Shown here: one piece after another, positions 44,761 through 54,649 of the stretch
Numbering within the stretch: the first letter of the stretch is position 1
How the letters are laid out: the number at the start of each line of letters is the position of its first letter
IMG/VR virus record: IMGVR_UViG_3300029121_000001
Source of the DNA: a virus
DNA length: 64,000 nucleotides
Strand: one strand, 5' to 3'
Made by a program: the position numbers and the translations under genes
The notes under the pieces: generated by a model
The model's input: only the letters and a program-made list of their open reading frames with translations
Told to the model about the DNA's origin: nothing
Databases searched by the model: none

Positions 44761-46659
44761 ATGTATGCTGGAATGAAAGTTAACTGGCATGAAGTGCTGA
44801 TGCCTAAGACATCAGCTGCTTCTAGCGATGATTCGCTGCCGTTGTTTCTATGTGTCTTTTCCTCCGATAAAGGCACAGAGAAAATTACAGAATACACCCA
44901 GGAAGACTGGGAAGCAATGTACGGAAGCGATGCAGACTTCTTCAGATATGGTCAGCCTCTGATCCAGGTTCATCGTATCCTGGAAGCTGGCGGTCGTGTC
45001 ATGGGCAAGCGTATTGTTGCTCCTGACGCTACTATGGCAAACCTGATTATCACTGCTGAGATTACTTCTGCTCAGGAGAATAAGACTGATGCTGCAGGTA
45101 ATCCTCTGTACATTGATAGTACTGGTAAGGAAACTACTACTGTTACTGATACTCCTGCAACTACTACATTTGCTAAGATTAAGTATGCTACTTCTACAGT
45201 CGAGAATGTCAAGACTTATGATGAAGTAGTTGAGAAGGCAAAGGCTATGAAGACAGATTCTGTCTTCCCGCTATTTGTTATCTGTGATAACGGTCGTGGC
45301 AAGTCTATTAAGAAGGTTCGTATTGAGCCTGATTATGCAACTTCTCGTCGTATGACTTACATGATGTATAAGATTGATAGCATTGAAGATACAACTAAGG
45401 TTGAATCTCAACGTTTTTCTATCTATCCTAATGCGGTTGCTACTATAAATGGTCAGAAACGTAATATGCTGCTGACGACTCGTACGATGAATCAGCTGAT
45501 TGTTAGCGCTACTGATTTTACTGATGCATTTATTGCAAAGCTTGCAGAAGTTACTGGCTATACCGCTGATGAGCTGTATGGCTTCGATCCTCTGTTTGGC
45601 TGCACTCTGAAGGGTAAGCAGATGGATACCATTCGTCTGGATGATACAGGTATTGATATCAACAATGAGTATGGTATGAGTCTGATGTCTGGTTCCAATG
45701 GCAAGTTTGGCGATGCTCCGTTTGCTGGAGAGACTTGCTCTGATGATTGGGCTGATGAGGCTGTTAAGTTCTTCAGTGGTGAATTTAGTAATGAGATCTT
45801 TGATCTTGACCAGTATAAGATTGATTTCTGCTTCGATGCAAACTATCCTACCAAGGTTAAGAATGCAATTGTTTCTCTTGCTAACTTCCGTGAGGACTTC
45901 TTCTATTTCCGTGATCTAGGTCTGGATATCAATACTCTAGAAGATATTGAGCCTCTGTTTGACATGGGTAGTGGCTGGAATCTAAGCTGCTTTGTTGCAG
46001 ACTATATGTCTGTGTATGATGTCATCGATAGTTTCTCTCATAAGGAAATTCGTGTAACAATGATGTACGATCTGGCTCCGCTGATTGTTAATCATTATAA
46101 CACTAATATTGCTGCACCTGTTGCTGGTGAATTTAATAACTTCATTATCACCGATGCTGTTGAGGGAACTCTGAACATCATTCCTCGTGTTACTCCTGAC
46201 GTTGATCAAAAGCAGATTCTGGATGATCTACATGTGAACTTTGTCAATCTGACTTCTGATCGTATGCTTGCTGTCCAGTCTACTTATACTTCTCAGGATC
46301 ATATGGGTCCCCTGTCCTTTATCAACAACGTTCTGGTTACCCAGCGTGTTATTAAGGCTATTCGCCGCTATGTTCCTACCATTCGCTTTATGCTGATGGA
46401 GCCTGATGCTACTGATTTTAGTAAGTATAAGGATCTGATTCAGGATAACGTCATTTCCCGTTATGATCAGTTCTTTAAGTCTATCACTCTAGTTTACACT
46501 AAGGATGATGTGCAGACTGCTAATAAGATCTTTAATGCATCTCTATATTGCTATTATAGAGACTTCCCGCAGGCTGAGATCTTTGATGTGTTTGCTGTTG
46601 AAGGTTCTCCTTCTACTAATCCTATTCCTGGTGTTACTACCGAATCTTCTAATTCTTAA
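44761..46659 (+). CDS. Contractile tail sheath protein
   Basis: 632 aa. The C-terminal half shows the sheath pattern ('PVAGEFNNFII', 'LHVNFVNL', 'FINNVLVTQRV', final 'LYCYYRDFPQAEIFDVFAV' vs T4 gp18 'FYIQPARSINYITLNFVAT'). Codon bias suggests high expression. The tube gene follows. Confidence 0.75.
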   Translation: MYAGMKVNWHEVLMPKTSAASSDDSLPLFLCVFSSDKGTEKITEYTQEDWEAMYGSDADFFRYGQPLIQVHRILEAGGRVMGKRIVAPDATMANLIITAEITSAQENKTDAAGNPLYIDSTGKETTTVTDTPATTTFAKIKYATSTVENVKTYDEVVEKAKAMKTDSVFPLFVICDNGRGKSIKKVRIEPDYATSRRMTYMMYKIDSIEDTTKVESQRFSIYPNAVATINGQKRNMLLTTRTMNQLIVSATDFTDAFIAKLAEVTGYTADELYGFDPLFGCTLKGKQMDTIRLDDTGIDINNEYGMSLMSGSNGKFGDAPFAGETCSDDWADEAVKFFSGEFSNEIFDLDQYKIDFCFDANYPTKVKNAIVSLANFREDFFYFRDLGLDINTLEDIEPLFDMGSGWNLSCFVADYMSVYDVIDSFSHKEIRVTMMYDLAPLIVNHYNTNIAAPVAGEFNNFIITDAVEGTLNIIPRVTPDVDQKQILDDLHVNFVNLTSDRMLAVQSTYTSQDHMGPLSFINNVLVTQRVIKAIRRYVPTIRFMLMEPDATDFSKYKDLIQDNVISRYDQFFKSITLVYTKDDVQTANKIFNASLYCYYRDFPQAEIFDVFAVEGSPSTNPIPGVTTESSNS

Positions 46660-46678
46660 GAAAGGAGCATCTTAAATT

Positions 46679-47587
46679 ATGGCTAATAAGACTACTGCAG
46701 GCAATGGCCTGAATTATATTAAGATGCCTCGTAGTGTCACAGAGTATACTCTGATGAAGGGTGTCACTGACTTCTCTAACCTGAAGCAGTTTGACCTCTA
46801 TGAGACTGGTTATTCTTTTCTGACTGTTGTTTCTGTTCCTAAGTTCATGACTCTTCTTGCTGCTCAGGATTCTCGTATTAAGAATCTGCAAGAAGGTTTT
46901 GTTCATATTCTGGAAGGCGAATTCCGTGGCCTAGATGGTATTCCTGATATCACTGCTGATGCTGGTTCTATTAGTAACGGTGTCAATGAGATGCAGGTTA
47001 TCAATAATGTCAATATGGATACTTCTATTCAGGTTAGTATGTCCTTCTTTGAGCGTTCTGGTGGTCTACTGACTAACTACCTGAATTATTATCTGACCGG
47101 TATTAAGGATCCTTATTCTAAGGCTAAGACTTATCATGGTCTGATTGGTAGTTCTGTTACTGATCCTGGTCCTGATTATGAGGTCTTCACTTTCCTGTAT
47201 TATGTAACTGATAATACTATGCGTTCTATTGAGAAGGCATATCTGCTGTGCAATGCTCAGCCGACTGCTGCTCCGATGAGCCAGATGTATAACTCTACTC
47301 ATGGCGATATTCAGTTCCAGGAAATTAGCATGACGTTTAACTGCTATCCTATCATGGGTGATACAATTAACCTATATGCTAACATGATGCTGCAGAATGA
47401 CCTGACTACCGATAAGAAGGATCGTATGCTGATTCTTGATTCTAACAACTATAAGTATGATGTTTATAGTTCTAAGGTTGAGAATACTGGCTTTGGCCTG
47501 GTTGGTGATATTCTGTCTAATAATGGTATCGCTGCTGCTGTTAAGTCTAAGACATCTGCTGGTGTTCAGCTGGGTCAGTCTCGCTAA
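46679..47587 (+). CDS. Tail tube protein (by position and size)
   Basis: 302 aa, starting 19 nt after the sheath gene and sharing its codon bias. A terminator follows. Confidence 0.55.
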   Translation: MANKTTAGNGLNYIKMPRSVTEYTLMKGVTDFSNLKQFDLYETGYSFLTVVSVPKFMTLLAAQDSRIKNLQEGFVHILEGEFRGLDGIPDITADAGSISNGVNEMQVINNVNMDTSIQVSMSFFERSGGLLTNYLNYYLTGIKDPYSKAKTYHGLIGSSVTDPGPDYEVFTFLYYVTDNTMRSIEKAYLLCNAQPTAAPMSQMYNSTHGDIQFQEISMTFNCYPIMGDTINLYANMMLQNDLTTDKKDRMLILDSNNYKYDVYSSKVENTGFGLVGDILSNNGIAAAVKSKTSAGVQLGQSR

Positions 47588-47622
47588 GTTAATTCTTGAA
47601 TCCTCCTTGAATTAATATAAAA

Positions 47623-47648
47623 TCCCGATAGGATTGCTCCTATCGGGA
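47623..47648. terminator. Bidirectional terminator between convergent genes
   Basis: TCCCGATAGGA / TCCTATCGGGA stem with flanking A and T runs. Confidence 0.7.
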
Positions 47649-47655
47649 TTATTTT

Positions 47656-50004
47656 TTAATCAGCTAGATCTCCAGGGTTAAGTCCATCCATAGAATGATC
47701 GATATTATTATTCATCTTAATAGTATTTCTAATTTCTTCTATATCGCTATCGGATAGATAAGAAGGAATAAGTCTACGAATAACCTGTTTCTTAAATTCT
47801 TGTTTAGCTCCATCTTCTTCACTAGCCATTTCAATTTCTGTAATAGAATCTGCATATTGCATAGCAGTCTGAAGAAGTTGAGAACCCTGAGTCATACTTA
47901 AGAATGCAGGGATAGGTAGACTTACATTAAGATCTACATCTTCATTATATTCGAACTTATAAATCTTAGTAAAGATAGTAGATAGGAATTCTTCCATCTT
48001 TGCTTGTCTCTTAAGAACATTACGCAGGAGCTTTGCATTAGTCATTGTATATCTAACAGCGAAGTCCATGCTAGTAGAGCTATTAACAATTTCTAGAGGA
48101 ACATCTGTTGCATTAACAGCAGATTCTTCTAGATTTCCCATTAAATCTTGAGGGAAATCAAATTGCTGACCAGCTTGTGTATCAAATGTAATTGGAGCTT
48201 CACCATTAGGACCAACAGGAATAACAAAGTCATTAAATCTACCAACAATATTAAGAATATTATTGACAGATTCCATCTGACGAATACCGAAGTTACCTTT
48301 CTTAATAGTAGCAACAACATTTAGAAGAGATTGTGCTGTATTAGTATCAAGAGATTGCTTCACATAATATACTCGACGATCGAATCCTCTGGTAGTCCAA
48401 CCAAGAACAGAAGTTGTATTAAGCATAATCCATTGTTTAGCCGATACAAGAGAATTCCATAGATCACTGATACCTCTATGAGTAATAGGATCATCATTGA
48501 ATTTCAAATGATGAATATCGTCAGAAGGAATGAAAACAATATCAAGATCTGGAGTATGAGCAAGCTGATTATATTTATCATTAAACTTCAGAAGTAGATA
48601 TAGTTCTCTCTTAAGATCAACATTGGAATTGATAAATGCTGCATCAATATTCTTAGAAACATTAGCAGCTAAAGTTCTCAGAAGCATATCCTTCTGATTA
48701 ATTTCATCTTCATCATATGTAGCGGATCCACCGATAGGACCATCGCTAAACATACCAGTGACAGAATTATAGCCAGTAATATTTCCAGTAGAATTGATAT
48801 CAATATCTTGCTCAGCATTATATCTGATATAATAGCAACCAAATAGAATATCCTCGATGTAGATAGGAATAATTCTATCATGCTTAATATCAGTAAGAAC
48901 AGCACCATTTAGATTAATTTTATAATCCTTATCTTCATTAGGATCGATCAATCCATCAGATGCTGCTTTATCATCTTCCCATTCAATACTATCACCAATA
49001 GTATTATCAAATTTAACTTCAGTAGAATTCTTTCCATTCTTTTTCAGATGATCGTTAAAAGATTCACCTGTTTCATTAATAATAGAATAAGATTCAGAGA
49101 GACCTCTAAACTTTTTATTTACTTTAGCCTTATGAGTTCTAAGATAATACTCATTAGCAACAGCACTTTCAATCAGCATTGATGTATCAAGATTGACTTT
49201 AATACAGATATCTCCATTTTCTGTTGTAGCTGCAACAGCGCTTGCTTTGGGTTTCTTAGTATTTTTCTCATTTGAATAAATTGTAGATTCATGATTAAAA
49301 GTATTTGCATATCCTGTATTCTTTCTTCGCTTCATAAGCTCAGCAAATGCAGAAGAATAAGGAACACAATAAACAAATTGTTCTCCATACTTAGAAGTAT
49401 TTTCATACCATTTTTCTGCTCTATTAGAAAGATCGTATTTCTTAATCATTTCATCAATATTAGCAGTGATAGCAGCATTCTTAGAAGATGTAGGATTCTC
49501 ATACTTAGGTCTAACGTTAAGAAATTCTTTAGTATAAGAATCAGAGCAAAGAACTGCATCCCTTTTAATATCTAGAGCAACCTGCAACTTAGGCATATAC
49601 TTACAGATTAGATCAAATTCATTATCAAGTTCAGTGATCCACTTAGTCTTTGCATAAGTGTCCATTAGTGAAGCTTGAATACTAGAATCTTGGAATAATG
49701 CAGAGATATCATCTCCCGTTCCTTTACCAAAAGATTTATTAAGCTTAGCAGAAGCCGTATTTGTTTCAGGCTTCATAAGCTTCATAATAATCTTAGAGGT
49801 ATTAGATAGATTCTGAATATCACTATCTTCCTCAGTAGACTTCTTAATAGCATCATCAAGCTTATCAGAAAGCTGAGATCTAAGATCATCAGAAGTAGTA
49901 GTGGTAGAATATGTAGTTGTATATAGATCACTAACCTGTCGATTTAAAAGATCTAGCGAATCATTAATTTTCTTTTGATTAGCTGTCTTTTTCTCATTAG
50001 CCAT
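47656..50004 (-). CDS. Large virion-module protein (782 aa), possibly portal
   Basis: The call rests on size, position next to the sheath/tube genes and unbiased codon usage (so not the major capsid protein). I could not verify any portal motif. Confidence 0.35.
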   Translation of the reverse strand: MANEKKTANQKKINDSLDLLNRQVSDLYTTTYSTTTTSDDLRSQLSDKLDDAIKKSTEEDSDIQNLSNTSKIIMKLMKPETNTASAKLNKSFGKGTGDDISALFQDSSIQASLMDTYAKTKWITELDNEFDLICKYMPKLQVALDIKRDAVLCSDSYTKEFLNVRPKYENPTSSKNAAITANIDEMIKKYDLSNRAEKWYENTSKYGEQFVYCVPYSSAFAELMKRRKNTGYANTFNHESTIYSNEKNTKKPKASAVAATTENGDICIKVNLDTSMLIESAVANEYYLRTHKAKVNKKFRGLSESYSIINETGESFNDHLKKNGKNSTEVKFDNTIGDSIEWEDDKAASDGLIDPNEDKDYKINLNGAVLTDIKHDRIIPIYIEDILFGCYYIRYNAEQDIDINSTGNITGYNSVTGMFSDGPIGGSATYDEDEINQKDMLLRTLAANVSKNIDAAFINSNVDLKRELYLLLKFNDKYNQLAHTPDLDIVFIPSDDIHHLKFNDDPITHRGISDLWNSLVSAKQWIMLNTTSVLGWTTRGFDRRVYYVKQSLDTNTAQSLLNVVATIKKGNFGIRQMESVNNILNIVGRFNDFVIPVGPNGEAPITFDTQAGQQFDFPQDLMGNLEESAVNATDVPLEIVNSSTSMDFAVRYTMTNAKLLRNVLKRQAKMEEFLSTIFTKIYKFEYNEDVDLNVSLPIPAFLSMTQGSQLLQTAMQYADSITEIEMASEEDGAKQEFKKQVIRRLIPSYLSDSDIEEIRNTIKMNNNIDHSMDGLNPGDLAD

Positions 50005-50078
50005 TTAATATAACCTCCTTACACTGATTGAATTATATGGATGTTTTGGAAGTAGAAATATTCAAAAAAAAAATAAAA

Positions 50079-50103
50079 GGAGTTGGCGAATGAAACCCAC
50101 TCC
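50079..50103 (-). terminator. Intrinsic terminator
   Basis: GGAGTGGG...CCAACTCC imperfect stem with a long T run on the minus strand. Confidence 0.6.
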
Positions 50104-50112
50104 TTTTATTTC

Positions 50113-50595
50113 TCAAGACAAGGCACAATCAATAATGATCTGTCTACGCTCATCAAGCGTAGACTTCACATTATTGAAGTGCCAGCCGGTGAATCGGCTA
50201 ATGCACGAGATGAAAGCATCTCTGTCATCAGTCTGATCTACAGGGACTAGATCACCAGTTCTGCATCCCTGCTCGAAAATGGTCTTACCATCTCTATCCT
50301 CGATGGTGAAAGATTCATCATACAAGGATTTATCGGAAGAGTTATTTTCGAACTTGTAGATAGCTTTGCCGACGACAAATTGTCCACTGATAGACATGAT
50401 GCTATCAATGGACGTGCCAGCAGGCAGTCTATCGCCAACATTAGGAGCAGGATTTTGATCCTCTCCTTCTGCCTCGACAAACACCACCTTGTTATCCTTG
50501 AAGCGCTTTTCAGCGTTCCACGGATAATTATTGCGGGGTTGGAGCTGAGGTGAGGGAACAGCATGCTGCTTATTCTCCTTTTTATTTTTCTTCAT
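50113..50595 (-). CDS. Hypothetical protein (160 aa) in a higher-GC, self-contained cassette
   Basis: GGAGG RBS. Clearly more GC-rich than its flanks. It is preceded by leader copy B and bracketed by terminators. Confidence 0.55.
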   Translation of the reverse strand: MKKNKKENKQHAVPSPQLQPRNNYPWNAEKRFKDNKVVFVEAEGEDQNPAPNVGDRLPAGTSIDSIMSISGQFVVGKAIYKFENNSSDKSLYDESFTIEDRDGKTIFEQGCRTGDLVPVDQTDDRDAFISCISRFTGWHFNNVKSTLDERRQIIIDCALS

Positions 50596-50700
50596 AGTAA
50601 AGTACCTCCTAAAGTACTATCTTTCAACGCAAATATTCTTTCTAAAAAGGAATACATTTATCCTTCTTTCAATTTTATACTATACAAGTGAAATATTGAA
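50596..50700 (-). promoter_or_regulatory. Duplicated promoter/leader cassette, copy B
   Basis: The minus strand reads AATATTTCACTTGTATAGTATAAAATTGAAAGAAGGATAAATGTATTCCTTTTTAGAAAGAATATT...TTAGGAGGTACTttactATG. See 32022-32123. Confidence 0.55.
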
Positions 50701-50716
50701 CTATTAAAAAAATAAA

Positions 50717-50744
50717 TGGAGAGATAGATTGCTCTATCTCTCCA
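50717..50744 (-). terminator. Intrinsic terminator
   Basis: TGGAGAGATAG / CTATCTCTCCA stem. Confidence 0.65.
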
Positions 50745-50748
50745 TATT

Positions 50749-51351
50749 TTAAACTACAAGTATATTAGAAAAGATATCTATTGTTAATTTAAACTTCTTT
50801 TTTAATACAGAATATCTAATAGTCTTTACTCTGTAATCTAGAGGATTAAGTATATAATCATAGATTCTTAGAGAAGCAGTATCTCCTTTAGACAAAGGAG
50901 TAATCGCTTTACTAGATGGTACTATATATCTAGAAGAATCAGTAGATACGTTTATCTTACTAATATTAGTACTTGCGACAGTTCCTGTAAATCCATCAAT
51001 GTTATAACAATCGGGTTCATAATAAATACACTGAACTTTATTGTCAATTCCATTAAATAGATCAAATGCTCTTATTAATGCATCATGTTTTACATTCCAT
51101 CCAGAGAAATATAAATTAGAAAATATCCTCTGTTCTGGTTTTTTCATCGACATAAAATCATTAATAATAGCTGTAAATTTGAATACATAGATTACAGGAA
51201 TTCTGATAATTCCATAAAAAGTTTGATCTGCATCCATAATGACTATAGTTCCAGGAAAGTGAGTCATATAGCCATCAGTTTTAATGAATCCAGAACAACT
51301 GTTTATGATAGGTTGCACATAATTACAAAAATCTTCAAAATTATCATTCAT
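50749..51351 (-). CDS. Hypothetical protein (200 aa) translationally coupled to polB. It may be a degenerate remnant of the polymerase C-terminal part.
   Basis: ATGA overlap with the polB exon 2 stop. 'PIINSCSGF' and 'IVIMDADQTF' loosely recall motif B 'KxxxNSxYG' and motif C 'YGDTDS', but the spacing is far too short and the Lys is absent. Confidence 0.45.
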   Translation of the reverse strand: MNDNFEDFCNYVQPIINSCSGFIKTDGYMTHFPGTIVIMDADQTFYGIIRIPVIYVFKFTAIINDFMSMKKPEQRIFSNLYFSGWNVKHDALIRAFDLFNGIDNKVQCIYYEPDCYNIDGFTGTVASTNISKINVSTDSSRYIVPSSKAITPLSKGDTASLRIYDYILNPLDYRVKTIRYSVLKKKFKLTIDIFSNILVV

Positions 51352-51833
51352 CGAAATGCTTCCTTTTCAATAGTTTCTTTTAATTTTCCTTTTACTTCAT
51401 TGTCAAGTGTTCCATATAAATAAAATCCAGTAGAATTATTTCCATAATTGTTTTCGTTAAAACTAATAGCATCGATCATATTATCTTTAACAAAATAGAT
51501 TGCCTGCTGATTAAGACCTTCATCATCAATTCCTCTGCCATAAGAAGGATTAAATTTGAAGTATTCTCTAATATCATCCATGCAATCATACACATTACCA
51601 AGTCTCATCCATCTTCTGCAAAATTCAAGGATGTTTCCACTAATCATATTCTCAAGGAATTCACCACCACGAGAATACTTAGCTACATCATCCTTCGAAG
51701 AATACATATCAGGATGCTCATTAAGAGAGAAAGGCTTAGTAGGATCATTAGGATCTTCGATAATAATTCTACCAATCTGAGTATTAGGAGCAAGATTATT
51801 CTCAAGAATAATAGAGGGATAAAGAGATGAGTA
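51348..51833 (-). CDS. Family-B DNA polymerase, exon 2 (motif A onward; ends before motif B)
   Basis: 'YSSLYPSIILEN' joins exon 1 '...NNAVDFD' to give the canonical motif A 'DFDYSSLYPSII' (DxxSLYPS). Confidence 0.85.
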   Translation of the reverse strand, partial: YSSLYPSIILENNLAPNTQIGRIIIEDPNDPTKPFSLNEHPDMYSSKDDVAKYSRGGEFLENMISGNILEFCRRWMRLGNVYDCMDDIREYFKFNPSYGRGIDDEGLNQQAIYFVKDNMIDAISFNENNYGNNSTGFYLYGTLDNEVKGKLKETIEKEAFR

Positions 51834-53057
51834 CACGTTTCTTCACAAAGGTCGTTAATCTTTGCAGTTCTCTTATGAACTTCTCTAGGAGTTACCTAGA
51901 AGGTGAGACTATATCACGATCCATTACTTACTTAATAAGCATTGGGACCCTTTATACTTCGGTACCACTTGGCCCTAATTCCTTTCGGAATAGTCGTTGA
52001 ACTCTGAATATATTAGAAATTATACTTAGATGAGATATTAGTATAATATTTTCTTGTATAAACTTTTCGCGCACAATCTACAACAGAATCTGAATCATCA
52101 TATCCAAAATATTTAAGAGCATTTCTACAATGATCATTTACTGTACTATTTCCAATATTATTATTAGAAAAATATGTACATAAATTTTCAATTTCTTCTG
52201 TAGAGAATTTCTTTCCTTTTCTTGAATGAAAAGTATAATCTTTTGATATATCTTTCCAACAAGTTTTCTTTTTAATATCAGATACAATAGTTTCTGTTAA
52301 TCCATTTCCAACCATTAATGATATTTGAAGATTAGTATATTGATCCATTGCTAATAAATCACATACATGTCTAATATCATCTTCATTTAAATCACTTGGC
52401 CTTTTATGAAGTCCAGTCATAAAAGCATGCCTTTGATTTTCACTTCTTGTGCACCATTCTAAATTAAAAATTCTATTATCAAATTTATCACCATTTATAT
52501 GATTAACTTGAAATATATTACAATTTGGAATTGGGTAAAATGACATCATGACAAGCCTATGTAATTGAACCATTACTTGGCCATGATCAGTAGATAGATA
52601 AACAAACAAATATCCAGATCCACTAACCCCAGGACTTAAATAAATATTCAAATATTTATTAAATACCCGTCCACAATTACTGATCATATAGTAATCATAA
52701 ATTCCTGGAATAATATTTTGAGTTATATCGATAAACATTTCTCCAAAGAATTTATCACAATAAGTTGGTTGGAAATAAATACATTGATCTTTAAATTTTT
52801 GTATATTAATTCACCTCTTTTTATTTGAAAATATCTCATCATATATTCAGGTGCTGATTAGACATTACTAATAGACTTTAGGACTATATATCTATCTCTT
52901 ATTCAATATATAGCTTTTATTTCACCATGGTCCATCTCTTCACTTATTTCTATCTTTCGATTCTATTATTTTTAATAGCAGAAGAGCTTTAGCCTTTTCC
53001 AGCTTTGGCAATAAAGTTTTCATTTCTATATTCCTATAAAAATGCGACTACTAGTTA
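51834..53057 (-). mobile_element. Group I intron with embedded HNH homing endonuclease gene, inserted in polB motif A
   Basis: The minus strand carries 'GCTGGAAAAGGCTAAAGCTC' (P-like, within 52983-53010), 'GTTCAACGACTATTCC' (R-like, 51987-52002) and 'GTGATATAGTCTC' (S-like, 51905-51917). The 5' exon ends in U (53058) and the intron ends in G (51834). Long blocks are shared with terL intron 1. Confidence 0.85.
52013..52738 (-). CDS. HNH homing endonuclease (NUMOD4 + HNH_3 type), intron-encoded
   Basis: 'YYMISNCGRVFN' (NUMOD4-like) and 'VNHINGDKFDNRIFNLEWCTRSENQRHA' (HNH core). Confidence 0.85.
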   Translation of the reverse strand: MFIDITQNIIPGIYDYYMISNCGRVFNKYLNIYLSPGVSGSGYLFVYLSTDHGQVMVQLHRLVMMSFYPIPNCNIFQVNHINGDKFDNRIFNLEWCTRSENQRHAFMTGLHKRPSDLNEDDIRHVCDLLAMDQYTNLQISLMVGNGLTETIVSDIKKKTCWKDISKDYTFHSRKGKKFSTEEIENLCTYFSNNNIGNSTVNDHCRNALKYFGYDDSDSVVDCARKVYTRKYYTNISSKYNF

Positions 53058-54614
53058 ATCGAAGTCCACTGCATTATTTGCTAATAAAGTAGGTCTACCA
53101 TTTACATGCATCATTACAATTTCTGCATTATGAGTAGGATCACCAACCATAGCACCAGGGAATTTGGTAGTTGGTTTCTCATTCCATAGATTTTTGTTGT
53201 TACCAAGAATATATCCATACTCAAAGAATTCTTTACAGAAACGATTTGCAAGATATACTGATTGTCTATGACATTTAGCGTAATTGGTATTATTAACTAG
53301 ACATTTAGTAAACACATATTCTAGATCATTGGTACTAGATTCAATACATTTTTGAACAATAACATCCATTACGTTATAGAAAGAAAATGTTTTAAAATCA
53401 ATATAAGGAAGCTTACCAAGATCACTAGTAATATGAGAATAGTCTAGCTTCTTAACACCTGCTACAATCTCACCAATTGCATCTAGTTTAAAGCTAGGAT
53501 ATCTACCACGACCTTTTCTTCTAGATGCAAATTCAATCATCTGATCAAGCCATACAGTATAGCTAGAAACGTTTACATAGTCACCTCGTTCTTCATAATT
53601 ATTTCTATTACGCTCATCAATATAAAACTTTAAGAATCTTAATTCAATTCTAGGATCACAGATAATATCCAAAGGATCATATCCAAGATTTTCAATTCTA
53701 TGAATAATATAAGCAAGGTCGAATGCCATGTTCCATGCTTCAATAAAGTCAGGAACTGTTTGATTAATTACATTAAAAGCCGCTTGAATAAGATCGATTT
53801 CGTTATCAAAGAATTCAAGTCGATAAGTCATTTTATCGACTCCAAATTTAACAGCCTTTTTATATCCACCAACTGCATTGATAACAAAATTCTTAAGTTC
53901 ATCTTGAAATCCAGATTGCCTAGTATATCCCATATATCTTTCAATCAAAGGATTATTTTGATCATTAAGAATAAATTGATATACTATTCCATGTGCATCA
54001 TCACAATATGCAATTGCATTAATAGGAACTTCACCAGGTTCAGGAAACTGTCCGTTACAATAAGCAGTATCAGTTTCAATATCAATGAATCCTTTAGTCA
54101 ACTTAAAGACATTGTTCTTATATGATAAATTAAATAGAAATTTATAATAGTTTTCAATTTGAATATCAGACATAAAGATTCTAGGATCTGTATGAAGTTT
54201 TCTATTTTCTGCAAATTGGTTATTAGCTCTATTCTCTTCATATTCTTCTACTCTATCAGTTACTTCTGCAATAGCTTTCAGAATATCAGCATATTTACAA
54301 GTACAAGGAATAACCTTTTCTTTTTCAATAAAGAATTTATTATAATCTACTTCATCTTCAGGATTCTTAACTTTATAAAACGTATATTTTGGTTCCTCAA
54401 TAATATGATATTTTTTTGCTCCGGTTGTATTGTCCCTATAAAGGATACCAATAAAATCTTTAACATAAGATCCATCATCTAGTTTAGTTCTAGGAGTATA
54501 TGCTGTATTAATTACAGTGATATTAGAACCTTTAGGATATCCAGGAATTAATAATTCATACTGCTTATTATCAATAATATAAGATCTTCTCTTACGTTCT
54601 TCTTGATTGATCAT
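53058..54614 (-). CDS. Family-B DNA polymerase, exon 1 (3'-5' exonuclease domain and N-terminal palm)
   Basis: ExoI 'FIDIETD', ExoII 'WNMAFDLAYI', ExoIII 'YNVMDVIVQ', then 'FPGAMVGDP...NNAVDFD' leading into motif A. Confidence 0.9.
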
Positions 54615-54649
54615 ATCTATACCTCCATAATCATTTTAGTAATAGTAAG

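Noticed and set aside
27984-54614. Considered inteins as the cause of the interrupted terL and polB genes.
   Set aside because: The interruptions contain stops in the host-gene frame, lack intein blocks and carry group I P/R/S-like RNA elements with U/G splice-site rules.
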